Source: Acidobacteriaceae bacterium (GTDB taxonomy: Bacteria > Acidobacteriota > Terriglobia > Bryobacterales > Bryobacteraceae). Taken from it: DNA of 58,220 nucleotides. This document shows positions 18,051 to 26,577 of the stretch, in pieces (position 1 is the stretch's first letter; each line of letters begins with the position of its first letter). Below the pieces are notes generated by a model. It did not search any database. It was not told where the DNA came from and saw nothing but the letters and a program-made list of their open reading frames with translations. The translations under genes were made by a program, and so were the position numbers. The DNA is taken from contig JAFARV010000676.1 of the NCBI GenBank assembly GCA_019245255.1, positions 1 through 58,220 of the forward strand, in the 5' to 3' direction.

Positions 18051-18857
18051 ATGAGTGTTGCGCGTAAGGCGGATGCCGCCACCATCGCCGGACTATTCAT
18101 TGCAGCTGCCGGGCTCCTGCTGGGGCTGCATTTCGAAGGCATTCAACTCTATGATGTCGGCCAATTGACGGCAGGTCTCATCGTCGTCTGCGGGACGGTC
18201 GGTGCGGTGCTGATCAGCATGCCGATGCATCAGACCCGGGAAGCGCTGAAGATGATTCCCGCGATGCTTCACAGCACAATCAAGCGCGATGAGGACGTCA
18301 TCGCCAGCGTTATCGGGTACTCGCGCGTCGCCAGGCAGCGGGGGTTGGTAGCACTCGAACAGGAGGCCGCCGAAGCTGACGACCCATTCCTTCGCCGGGC
18401 TATTCTCCTGGCATCTGACGGTGTCGGCGTCGAGGCGATGAAGCATGTTCTTGAGGCGGAAATCTCCGGTCTGAAGGCCCAGGCTGAAAGCGCAGCTCTG
18501 TTCTATGAGACGGCGGCCGGTTATGCCCCCACGCTCGGCGTCGCCGGAGCCGCTATCGGGCTGGTGCAGGTGATGAAGCACCTCGACCATCTCGAACAAG
18601 TCGGTATGGGCGTTGCTTCCGCATTCGTCGCGACCATTTATGGTGTGCTGCTCGCGAATCTCGTGCTGTTACCGATTGCCACCAAGATTCGAGCGCGTGC
18701 CGATGCGCGCATGCGTGCTTGTGCGCTGATTCGGGACGGCATGTTATCGATCGCCATGGGCCTGAATCCAAGCGTCATCCGAATGAAACTCGAGGCGTTG
18801 GCGCAAATACCGGAATCGGCACCGGCACGCCCGGCGCGAGTTCGGACAGCGGCATGA
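18051..18857 (+). CDS. motA: flagellar stator protein MotA, pair 2
   Basis: 268 aa. APTLGVAGAAIGLVQVM...ASAFVATIYGVLLANLVLLP. Paralog of 13692..14534. Confidence 0.85.
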   Translation: MSVARKADAATIAGLFIAAAGLLLGLHFEGIQLYDVGQLTAGLIVVCGTVGAVLISMPMHQTREALKMIPAMLHSTIKRDEDVIASVIGYSRVARQRGLVALEQEAAEADDPFLRRAILLASDGVGVEAMKHVLEAEISGLKAQAESAALFYETAAGYAPTLGVAGAAIGLVQVMKHLDHLEQVGMGVASAFVATIYGVLLANLVLLPIATKIRARADARMRACALIRDGMLSIAMGLNPSVIRMKLEALAQIPESAPARPARVRTAA

Positions 18858-19543
18858 CAGGCATGCTGCTGCGAGGGAATAACCGGGATCGATGGCTGCT
18901 CAGCTATGCCGATTTCATCACCGTTCTGTTTGCGGCCTTCGTATTGATGTATGCAGCGGCCAAGGCGCGCGAGCATACCGGTCCATTCCGTGCCGCGGCG
19001 ACCGTTCAGCGGACTCCGGTCGCGACGGTTGAAACAGCCGGTGTGCCTCCCCAATCCAATCTGCTCACCGACTTGCAGAAGAGCCTGAAACTCGAGCAGC
19101 AGAATGGGGTGCTGACGCTTTCGGTCGACCAGCGCGGCATTGTGATTGCGCTCGATGACAAACTCTGTTTCCGGCCTGGCGAAGCCGAGATTCAGGCCGC
19201 TGCCATTGACATGTTTACTAAGGTTGCGGGGATCCTGTCGCGCCATAACAACCGCATTCTGCTCGAGGGGCATACGGATTCCGTGCCTATCCATAACGCC
19301 CAGTTCCGCAGTAACTGGGAGCTTTCGACCGCTCGCAGCATCGCCGTCATGGAGCTGATGGAGCGCAGCGCGGGGATTCCGGGCCAACGCTTCCTGATCG
19401 GTGGATCGGCTGATAATGCGCCGGTCTCGAACAACGAGACGGAACAGGGAAGAGCGCATAACCGCCGGGTGGAGATCGTGGTTCTGGATACCCCGCCGGC
19501 AGATTCAGCGGCGGCCGAACACCCGGCCGCGGTCGCTCACTAG
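18854..19543 (+). CDS. motB: flagellar stator protein MotB, pair 2
   Basis: ATG at 18854 (ATGA overlap with motA-2). DRWLLSYADFITVLFAAF. OmpA motif NWELSTARS...NRRVEIVV. Confidence 0.9.
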   Translation: MTGMLLRGNNRDRWLLSYADFITVLFAAFVLMYAAAKAREHTGPFRAAATVQRTPVATVETAGVPPQSNLLTDLQKSLKLEQQNGVLTLSVDQRGIVIALDDKLCFRPGEAEIQAAAIDMFTKVAGILSRHNNRILLEGHTDSVPIHNAQFRSNWELSTARSIAVMELMERSAGIPGQRFLIGGSADNAPVSNNETEQGRAHNRRVEIVVLDTPPADSAAAEHPAAVAH

Positions 19544-19733
19544 CGTCGAACTCAGTAGCGAACCAAATTACCGAACGAACTCGATTATTCAGGAACCCGC
19601 GCAAAACGGGCACGGCCTCAGGCGCGCCCCGCAAAGAGCCTCGGGTTTCTTTCCCTGACTCGGGGCGCGCATCCGTGCCCTTTGCGCTACTCGTGACATT
19701 TGTCGCATAATATAGGACAGGTGTCGCTAAATC

Positions 19734-20114
19734 ATGTCAAGCCGGGAACTCGAAACCATTGCCGCCGTTCGCAAGGGTCTGCCTGCGGCGGAACTCGAAA
19801 AACTCGTTCGGAAGCTGGCGATTGAACGGACGGTTCTGCTGAACGTGCTCGGGATCTCGGCGCGCACGTTGCAGCGAAAACAGCATCGTCAGACGACATT
19901 AACCCCCGCTGCCTCGGACCGCCTGGCGCGGGTGGAACGCATTTATCAGCTCGCGAGCGAGGTTTTTGCCGACGAAAGTACGGCAGCTGAGTGGCTGAAG
20001 CGCCCGAGCCGCGCCCTGGATGGCCGGCGTCCGATCGAACTGCTCGATACCGACGCGGGGACGCAAAGTATTGAGCAGGAACTCCGGCGCATCCAGCATG
20101 GGTTCGTTTTTTAG
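19734..20114 (+). CDS. Xre/MbcA/ParS-like antitoxin (DUF2384)
   Basis: 126 aa. C-terminal AAEWLKRPSRALDGRRPIELLDTDAGTQSIEQELRRIQHG, typical of DUF2384. Confidence 0.8.
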   Translation: MSSRELETIAAVRKGLPAAELEKLVRKLAIERTVLLNVLGISARTLQRKQHRQTTLTPAASDRLARVERIYQLASEVFADESTAAEWLKRPSRALDGRRPIELLDTDAGTQSIEQELRRIQHGFVF

Positions 20115-20117
20115 AGG

Positions 20118-20147
20118 CGCAAAGGGCGCGGCTGCGCGCCCTTTGCG
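20118..20147 (+). promoter_or_regulatory. perfect 13-bp stem, 4-nt loop hairpin between the antitoxin and RES toxin genes
   Basis: cgcaaagggcgcg-gctg-cgcgccctttgcg. Located 4 nt after the antitoxin stop and 16 nt before the toxin ATG. Confidence 0.8.
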
Positions 20148-20162
20148 TGCGGGCTCTTAATA

Positions 20163-20609
20163 ATGTTGCGCCTGTGGCGGCTCTATTCCGAACGGTACGG
20201 GCCGGGCCTCGACGGGATCGGCGGCACGTTTGCGGATGGACGCTGGCATCGCCGGGGCGATCGCATCGTTTACTTCGGCCTGACGGCCGCCATCTGCGTG
20301 CTCGAGCGGCTGGCGCATACGGACGCGGATCTGCTCCCGCGAAATCTGCGCTTGGGTGCTTTTGTCTTTGATCCGGCGCCGGCCGTCGATGTCGCGGAGC
20401 CGCCCGGCGGGTGGGCTCAGGATGAAGCTGTAACGCAGGGCATCGGGTCAGATTGGGTTCGTTCGGCAAAAAGCTGCCTGCTGGTTGTCCCGTCGGTGAT
20501 TGTTCCGGAGGAGTCCAATGCCATGCTGAACGCATCGCATCCCGATGCAAAGTTGCTGAAAGCCGTGAGCAACCGGCCATTTTCGTTCGATCCGCGGCTG
20601 ATTGAGTAG
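20163..20609 (+). CDS. RES-domain toxin (MbcT/ParT-like)
   Basis: 148 aa. GGTFADGRWHRRGDRIVYFGLTAAICVLERLAH (RES-family core). Paired with the DUF2384 antitoxin. Confidence 0.8.
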   Translation: MLRLWRLYSERYGPGLDGIGGTFADGRWHRRGDRIVYFGLTAAICVLERLAHTDADLLPRNLRLGAFVFDPAPAVDVAEPPGGWAQDEAVTQGIGSDWVRSAKSCLLVVPSVIVPEESNAMLNASHPDAKLLKAVSNRPFSFDPRLIE

Positions 20610-20678
20610 CCGCGCGGCGTTGCGAGATCTGGGAGCGGGGTGGTAGCGGCAACTGCAGCGCTGACTGCGCCAGTTTAG

Positions 20679-20909
20679 CTAGTCAAAGCTGCACGATTTC
20701 AGTTGCGCGCGCTGCAGGCCTGCATCCACTTTTGCTGGATATTGCGAATACACATGATTCAGGCGTTCCGTAATCGTGTTCGCATCGTACTGTTTTAAGA
20801 ACTGTGCAATCGCTTTGGCATACAGTTCGCTTCTCGATACCCGAAGGCGGCGAGCGGCTGCTTCCGCCGATCGAAAAAGATCGTCAGGCATTGAAATAGC
20901 GGTCTTCAC
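20679..20909 (-). CDS. ribbon-helix-helix (CopG/MazE-like) antitoxin, orphan
   Basis: GTG at 20909 gives (M)KTAISMPDDLFRSAEAAARRLRVSRSELYAKAIAQFL. There is no toxin ORF downstream. Confidence 0.65.
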   Translation of the reverse strand: MKTAISMPDDLFRSAEAAARRLRVSRSELYAKAIAQFLKQYDANTITERLNHVYSQYPAKVDAGLQRAQLKSCSFD

Positions 20910-20955
20910 ACCGGCAGTATAACTCACGTTATACCGCGCCCGGTAAGTCAGGGAC

Positions 20956-21714
20956 TTACGGGATTACGTACGTGAGTTCCCGGGAGAAGCGGAGCTGTAC
21001 GGGATTTGAGTAGGCGTTCGAGACCGGAAGCAGCGTATTTTCGTTTCCATGCGGAACGAACAAATAGCCGACGAAGACGTGCGCCGATGGATTGCTCAAA
21101 GATATGAGAAAAGAAGGACGCCTCATGTTTTGCGACAGCACGGGGTCACTTGCGAGATCCGGCAACCTAATATGCAACGCCGGCCCCCAGAGGTGAAACA
21201 GGCCGATACTAAACCAAGGCATCGTGGGCCAGGTGTCTTCGTGCTCGGAAGTCGTCACGCGGCCACCCATATACGTGAACTCTGCCAGCAAATCGGGCGA
21301 AGGAAGGTCTTGCGGATTGAGAATCGTGATGTCAACGTCAACAACAGCGGCACGAACGCAGGGCACATCGGCGTACAGATGCGAGATGTCAATAACAGGG
21401 AGCTCGACCTTCTCGACCCTGCAACCCGGCTGATAGATCCAGGCCGTTAACGCCTTAGCCTGTCTGCCATCGGTTTCGAGGGGTATGCTCACAGGGTCAC
21501 TACTCGGAACCAGCATGGAGCCTCCTAACTCGCCAGTTACTGAGTGCGGAAAGTCCCCGAATAACGAGTAAACAACTTGCACCTTCTGCGCGTGCTGCGA
21601 GAAACGAAGCTGGTAAGTCAAGGACGAACTGGTTTTCCCTGCTATTACGTGGGCCGCGATTGCGAACAAACAGCCGGCTGCGAGGATCAGGGGATAGCGA
21701 GATGCCGCACGCAT
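20956..21714 (-). CDS. hypothetical membrane-anchored or secreted protein
   Basis: Trimmed to the ATG at 21714 (MRAASRYPLILAAGCLFAIAAHV). The longer track ORF overlaps the divergent Uma2 gene. Confidence 0.5.
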   Translation of the reverse strand: MRAASRYPLILAAGCLFAIAAHVIAGKTSSSLTYQLRFSQHAQKVQVVYSLFGDFPHSVTGELGGSMLVPSSDPVSIPLETDGRQAKALTAWIYQPGCRVEKVELPVIDISHLYADVPCVRAAVVDVDITILNPQDLPSPDLLAEFTYMGGRVTTSEHEDTWPTMPWFSIGLFHLWGPALHIRLPDLASDPVLSQNMRRPSFLISLSNPSAHVFVGYLFVPHGNENTLLPVSNAYSNPVQLRFSRELTYVIP

Positions 21715-21808
21715 GTAAATGTCTGAGGGCGACGAGCGGGCCCTTTGATCGGAGCTAACATCGAAGCTAAGGTTGTCTCCGTAACGCATACCAACGGATA
21801 ATCGTTTC

Positions 21809-22441
21809 ATGGCTGCCGCCTTCGAAGTCACGTCCCGGCTTTTCGAATCCGGCCGTACGCTGATCATTCGACCAGCGGAAGATGAAGACGCAAATGCGCT
21901 TTTCGAGCATCTTTGTGAGGAGTTCGGCGAGCCGAACCGTATTGAGCAGGACTCGGACGGTAACATCTATATCATGCCGCCGCCGGGCGGTGAAGCATCG
22001 CACCAGAATGCGGATGTTTTAGCTCAGCTGCAATTGTGGTCCAAAACAGACAAACGCGGAGTTGCGTTCGATTCCAGCGTCATGTTTGTCCTGCCTAACC
22101 GTGCAAAGCGTAGCCCGGACGGCTCCTGGGTGTCTCTGCAGAGACTGAAGGCGCTGCCTCGCGAAGAGCGGCGCCAATTCCTGAAGCTAGTGCCGGAGTT
22201 CGTGATCGAGATCAAACCACCAAGCGACCGTTGGCCCGAACTACAGAACAAAATGCTCGAATACCGGGATAACGGCGTACTACTCGGCTGGCTCATCCAC
22301 CCGGAGAAACAAATTGTTCTCGTTTACCGGTATGGATGCGAAGATGTCGAAGTTGTTCGCGGCAGCCAGATCGTAGGGGAAGGGCCGGTATCCGGGTTCG
22401 TTCTCGATCTCGAAGCAGTTTGGAAGGGATTAGACTTCTGA
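21809..22441 (+). CDS. Uma2-family endonuclease, copy 4
   Basis: 210 aa. Core VPEFVIEIKPPSD and an overall Uma2 layout. Confidence 0.75.
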   Translation: MAAAFEVTSRLFESGRTLIIRPAEDEDANALFEHLCEEFGEPNRIEQDSDGNIYIMPPPGGEASHQNADVLAQLQLWSKTDKRGVAFDSSVMFVLPNRAKRSPDGSWVSLQRLKALPREERRQFLKLVPEFVIEIKPPSDRWPELQNKMLEYRDNGVLLGWLIHPEKQIVLVYRYGCEDVEVVRGSQIVGEGPVSGFVLDLEAVWKGLDF

Positions 22442-22631
22442 GGCTGAGGAGCATTGCGGCACGGAATCCGGTTGTCTTCAGACAATCTGGTAAGCCGTAC
22501 GAGCAACATATGCACTGTGGACAGGTGTCGGTATATTTGTCGCAGTACTCGGGTCGGCTTCGACAACATTCGTCGTTCAGGGGTCACAATGAACCTGACT
22601 ACAGTCATGGGCCGTGTCAGAAAAGTAAAAT

Positions 22632-22667
22632 ACCGCCGGGCAGCGTGTACGACTGCTGACCGGCGGT
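22632..22667 (-). terminator. intrinsic terminator downstream of fliC (potentially bidirectional)
   Basis: Stem accgccgg (22632-22639) pairs with ccggcggt (22660-22667), plus inner cagc/gctg pairs. On the minus strand it is followed by attttacttttct. It lies 36 nt after the fliC stop. Confidence 0.7.
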
Positions 22668-22702
22668 CTTGTTTAGCTCAGTTCGTTACCGAGCGTTAGT
22701 GA

Positions 22703-25700
22703 TTAGTGCTGCAGGAGCGAGAGCAACTGCTGCGGAGCGGAGTTGGCCTGCGCGAGAGCGGCGGTACCGGCCTGGACCAGGATCTGGGCCCGGCTGAGAT
22801 TGGCTGCTTCCTGGGCGAGGTTGGCGTCGCGGATCTGCGATTCAGATGCCGCTTCGTTGGTGACCTGCGAAGTTGCCAGGCTGACGGCGTAATTCAGGAG
22901 GTTTTCTCCCTTACCGACAGCGGCCTGAGCGGTACCGAGGTTTTGGACCGCAGACGCCAGTGCGTTGACCGCCGCCTGAGCGCCGGGGATGCTATCGATA
23001 GCGGCGTTTGCACCGGTACCGTTTTGCGCCGCGGTGCTGACGCCACCGGTTGGAGCTGCGATGCCCGTTCCGTCGGCCATCGAGCTGACCTCCACCTTGA
23101 AGTTCTGAGTGGTGCTCTGGAACTTGATGGATTGCGTGCCGTTCAGATTGTCTTCCTTTACTGCATACACGCTTTGCAATGTGGAATCGTTTGACTGCTG
23201 TAAGGCGGTATTGATTGCGTTGATCGCGGAGTCGATATTCGCGCCATTCGTCGAGGTCGAGTTGTTCTGGAGCGAGATGGAGAGCGAGTGAGCTCCACCA
23301 CTGTTGTCGTTAGCGGTAATCGAGACGGACTGGCTGTCACCACCATTCGCGAGAGCCGAGAAGTTCATCGCGCTGGAGGTATAGGCGCCTTGGGAGTCGA
23401 CACGGCCCACCGTGGGCGCTGCGCTAACTGTAGCCCCGGCGTAGCTGCCGCCCCCGATTCCGAAACCGAGATTCGCGGTGCCACTACCACCAACACGGAA
23501 GTTACTGTTGTTTGTGGACGTGAGGGTTAGGGCGTTGCCTCCAGTGAGCGAGGCTTTTAGTCCTGCGCCGCTCAAAGTGGAGTTCGCGGCAACGGCGGCA
23601 TTGATCTGGTTCTCTGCGTCCGTTGCAATGGCCGAAGCCGAGTTGCCCTGTCCGCTTTGACCCACCGTCAAGCCGAGGGTAGAAAGTGTTGCTGTGCTGG
23701 AACCGTCAATCGTTACCGCGGAGGCGGCTCCGGTAGTGTTGGATACGAGTTGGAGTGCAGAACTCGCGCCCGAACCGACAATGCTGGCGGTTACGCCAAT
23801 GCCCGCTGTTCCGTTAATCGCACTCACAACACTGGCTAAAGAGGTAGCGCCGGCGCCGAAAGTTACGGTTTGTGGTGAGGAAGCACCGTCAACATCCAGA
23901 ACGAGTGTCTTGGTATTCAATCCAGCGAGTGCGCCGGTACCGACGGCAGAGCCGGTCACGTAACCGGAAGCATTCTTCAGGTTCACGTTAATGGCTGTGG
24001 TTGCGCCGCCGTTCAGAGAAACATTCAGCGTGCCGCTTTGTCCGAGCGCAGATGTAGTCGGGATCGCACCGTTTCCTGTGATGCTCGAGTATTGGAACGC
24101 ATTGGCTGAGGAGGTATTGGTTGTGAATGAACCCAGGCCGAGCACATTGTTTGTGTCGCCGGTCACCGCAACATTAAACTGCTCGCCCTTACTATCGGTG
24201 AACACCAGATTCTGTCCATTGCTGCTGGTAGTAACCGAAACGCCGGCCGCACTGAGCTGACTATTGCCATGTACTTTCGAAGCGAGGTCCGCGAGAACAT
24301 CCGATACCTTGGTAGACCCGGCTACCGTCGGATTTAGCGAAAGCGTAACGGGACTGGCCATGCCAGCGCCCGAGAACTGCACCTGCATGTTGTCGCTGCT
24401 GGTAACCACTGCGGTGGTCGAGGTCCCGGCAGTGAGACCCAGTGTCGAGTAGGCGCTGCTGCTGGTGGGAGTGTTCAGAGCTAGAGATTGCCCGGCCGTG
24501 TTGGCGGTCAGGATCAGGTGTCCGGAAGTATCCAGGCTGGCGGTTGCGGCAACAGAGTTCGCCTGCAACTGCGTATTGATCTGACTGACCATCTGCGAGG
24601 CAGTGTAGGTGCCCGCAGCAAGACTGATCTCTGTGGCCGAGCCGCTCCCAACTTGAACGTTGAGATCTGTGTTCACCGCGGCGCCGTCAGCGGTTTCTCC
24701 GCCCGAAAAGCCGGTTGCTCCGGCCAGCAATTCCGCACTGGTGCCGGTTGATTCGACAGTGATGTTCGAAGCACTACCCGTATTGGCGGTCGTGTCCGTC
24801 AGCACAAGTTTCTGATTCGGACCGCTGCCCGTAATGCTCGCTGTTACGCCGATGCTAGCGCCATTGATGGCGGTTTGGATACCGCTGAGTGAATTGGTGC
24901 CCTGGTTGATTGTGACGGTATGGTTCGTGCCATCAACGTTGAGGACCAACGAATCATTCACTGCGGCAGTTCCATTTGTGCTCGTCCCGCCGGATAACAG
25001 TGTTCTAACGTCCGAGCTCGAGGTGGCGTCAATTGCGACGGCGGAGCTGGCACCCGGCGTGTTCGACGTAATTACCAAGTGGCCGCTGCTGACCGAGGCC
25101 GTTACGCCGACGCCGGCAGTATTATTGATGGCGGTCATCAAGCCATTGACGGTTGTGGGAGCGCTTGCCCAACTGACGGTCTTTTGCGTGCCATTTACGT
25201 CGAGGACCAGCGTATCCGAATTCTGTAGATTTGCGCCCGATACATTGCCATCTGTCAAAGCGACCGAGAAGTTTCCCGCGGTGGCCGCGGTACCCAGACC
25301 GTGGCCGCCATTCAGCGATGCGATATAGGCATCGGCGACTGTGTTCGGCGCCGTCAGGACTGCCTTTGCTGAGCCACCGGCTGAGATTGTTGTAGATGAA
25401 CCGAGCACGGCGCCGACGATGGTTGAGTTATTGGCTGTCGCGCTGGCGCCAGTTACTGTCGTGTTCAGAGAAGCGCCGGTTGATCCGACGGAGAAGTTGC
25501 CGAGCAGCGCATTCGCCATTTGATCACCCGCTTGCACCTGGAATGCTGCGTTGCTCGAGCTGAAGGCGAGCTGCTGACGGCCCTGCGCGTCGGTTACTAC
25601 CGAAGCCGAGATGTTGGCATTCTTGAATGCCGTCGCATACTGAGTCGAGCCATTGCCCGCGCTTTGAATCGCGGAGTTGATGGCGTTCGCCAGTGTCGTG

Positions 25701-26437
25701 GTATCGGTGACGCCGCTAAGGTTGACGGAGATGTTGACTTTGTTGGCATCGCCGAAGCCCGGACCCGAAAAACTAAATGAGGTAAAGCCTGAAGTTGCTT
25801 CGGAATTGGCATTTGTAGTATTTGCCAGAATGTCAGCAACGCTCGTCGTAGCCGAGCCGGTTCCGATATCTGTCCCGGCCTTGCCGGTGGCCTGCACACC
25901 CGCGAGCCCGAGGCTCTGCGCGTCGACGGCCGACTTGCTCAAATCAAGGTTGATGCTTCCGTTCACGCTGGCAGCTGCGCTGGTCGCGCCTTTGCCGCCG
26001 CCGATAAATACCGACAGACTCTGCGCATACTGGCCGCCCTGGTTCATACCGATCGACTGTGCCTGGCGCGTGATTTCGGAAACGACGCTCTGAAATTCAT
26101 CGTTCAGCGTGTTGCGGTCGCCGGTGAAGGTGCCGGAGGCAGATTCAGTGGCGAGCGTACGTGCGCGATCGAGCAGCGTACCGATGTTGTTCATACCGCT
26201 ATCGATCGTCTGGAGCGTCGCCAAGCCGTTGTTGGCGTTCTGAATACCCTGATTCAGCACTGCTTCGTCGGAACGGAGTCCGTTGGCAACCGCAAGACCC
26301 GCGGCATCGTCGCCGGAGTTTACGATGCGCAGACCCGAAGTAACTTCGTTAATCGTCTGCGACTGGAATTGGCTGCTCTTGGTCAGGTAATTCTGAGCCT
26401 CGAGCGAAGAAATATTTGTATTAATTGAAAACGACAT
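22703..26437 (-). CDS. fliC: giant flagellin (1244 aa)
   Basis: ATG at 26437 preceded by AGGAG. N-terminus MSFSINTNISSLEAQNYL...GLRIVNSGDDAAGLAV. C-terminus IRDANLAQEAANLSRAQILVQAGTAALAQANSAPQQLLSLLQH. About 1000 aa of Cys-free Ser/Thr/Ala/Gly-rich repeats lie between. Confidence 0.92.
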   Translation of the reverse strand: MSFSINTNISSLEAQNYLTKSSQFQSQTINEVTSGLRIVNSGDDAAGLAVANGLRSDEAVLNQGIQNANNGLATLQTIDSGMNNIGTLLDRARTLATESASGTFTGDRNTLNDEFQSVVSEITRQAQSIGMNQGGQYAQSLSVFIGGGKGATSAAASVNGSINLDLSKSAVDAQSLGLAGVQATGKAGTDIGTGSATTSVADILANTTNANSEATSGFTSFSFSGPGFGDANKVNISVNLSGVTDTTTLANAINSAIQSAGNGSTQYATAFKNANISASVVTDAQGRQQLAFSSSNAAFQVQAGDQMANALLGNFSVGSTGASLNTTVTGASATANNSTIVGAVLGSSTTISAGGSAKAVLTAPNTVADAYIASLNGGHGLGTAATAGNFSVALTDGNVSGANLQNSDTLVLDVNGTQKTVSWASAPTTVNGLMTAINNTAGVGVTASVSSGHLVITSNTPGASSAVAIDATSSSDVRTLLSGGTSTNGTAAVNDSLVLNVDGTNHTVTINQGTNSLSGIQTAINGASIGVTASITGSGPNQKLVLTDTTANTGSASNITVESTGTSAELLAGATGFSGGETADGAAVNTDLNVQVGSGSATEISLAAGTYTASQMVSQINTQLQANSVAATASLDTSGHLILTANTAGQSLALNTPTSSSAYSTLGLTAGTSTTAVVTSSDNMQVQFSGAGMASPVTLSLNPTVAGSTKVSDVLADLASKVHGNSQLSAAGVSVTTSSNGQNLVFTDSKGEQFNVAVTGDTNNVLGLGSFTTNTSSANAFQYSSITGNGAIPTTSALGQSGTLNVSLNGGATTAINVNLKNASGYVTGSAVGTGALAGLNTKTLVLDVDGASSPQTVTFGAGATSLASVVSAINGTAGIGVTASIVGSGASSALQLVSNTTGAASAVTIDGSSTATLSTLGLTVGQSGQGNSASAIATDAENQINAAVAANSTLSGAGLKASLTGGNALTLTSTNNSNFRVGGSGTANLGFGIGGGSYAGATVSAAPTVGRVDSQGAYTSSAMNFSALANGGDSQSVSITANDNSGGAHSLSISLQNNSTSTNGANIDSAINAINTALQQSNDSTLQSVYAVKEDNLNGTQSIKFQSTTQNFKVEVSSMADGTGIAAPTGGVSTAAQNGTGANAAIDSIPGAQAAVNALASAVQNLGTAQAAVGKGENLLNYAVSLATSQVTNEAASESQIRDANLAQEAANLSRAQILVQAGTAALAQANSAPQQLLSLLQH

Positions 26438-26505
26438 TCTGTCTCCTGGAAGCCGGTTCGAGCCGGGATTCATTCCCAGCCAGCGGAAACTCCGCTCATG
26501 CTTCT

Positions 26506-26542
26506 TCCGCTGTTCTTATCGGCGGCTCCAGAAAGTTTGTTC
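26506..26542 (-). promoter_or_regulatory. sigma-28 (FliA)-type promoter of fliC
   Basis: Minus strand reads ACAAACtttctggagccGCCGATAAgaacagcgga. The -10 octamer is perfect, about 80 nt upstream of the ATG. The 18-mer gccgataagaacagcgga is identical to the one at 28290-28307. Confidence 0.7.
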
Positions 26543-26577
26543 TGAAATGTTAAAAAAATCGCGGCGGGCTGATGAGT

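Noticed and set aside
19732-20652. 306-aa ORF on the minus strand spanning the RES-Xre locus
   Set aside because: The translation is extremely Arg/Pro/Ala-rich. It is antisense to two well-supported genes (DUF2384 antitoxin, RES toxin), as is typical of shadow ORFs in GC-rich DNA.
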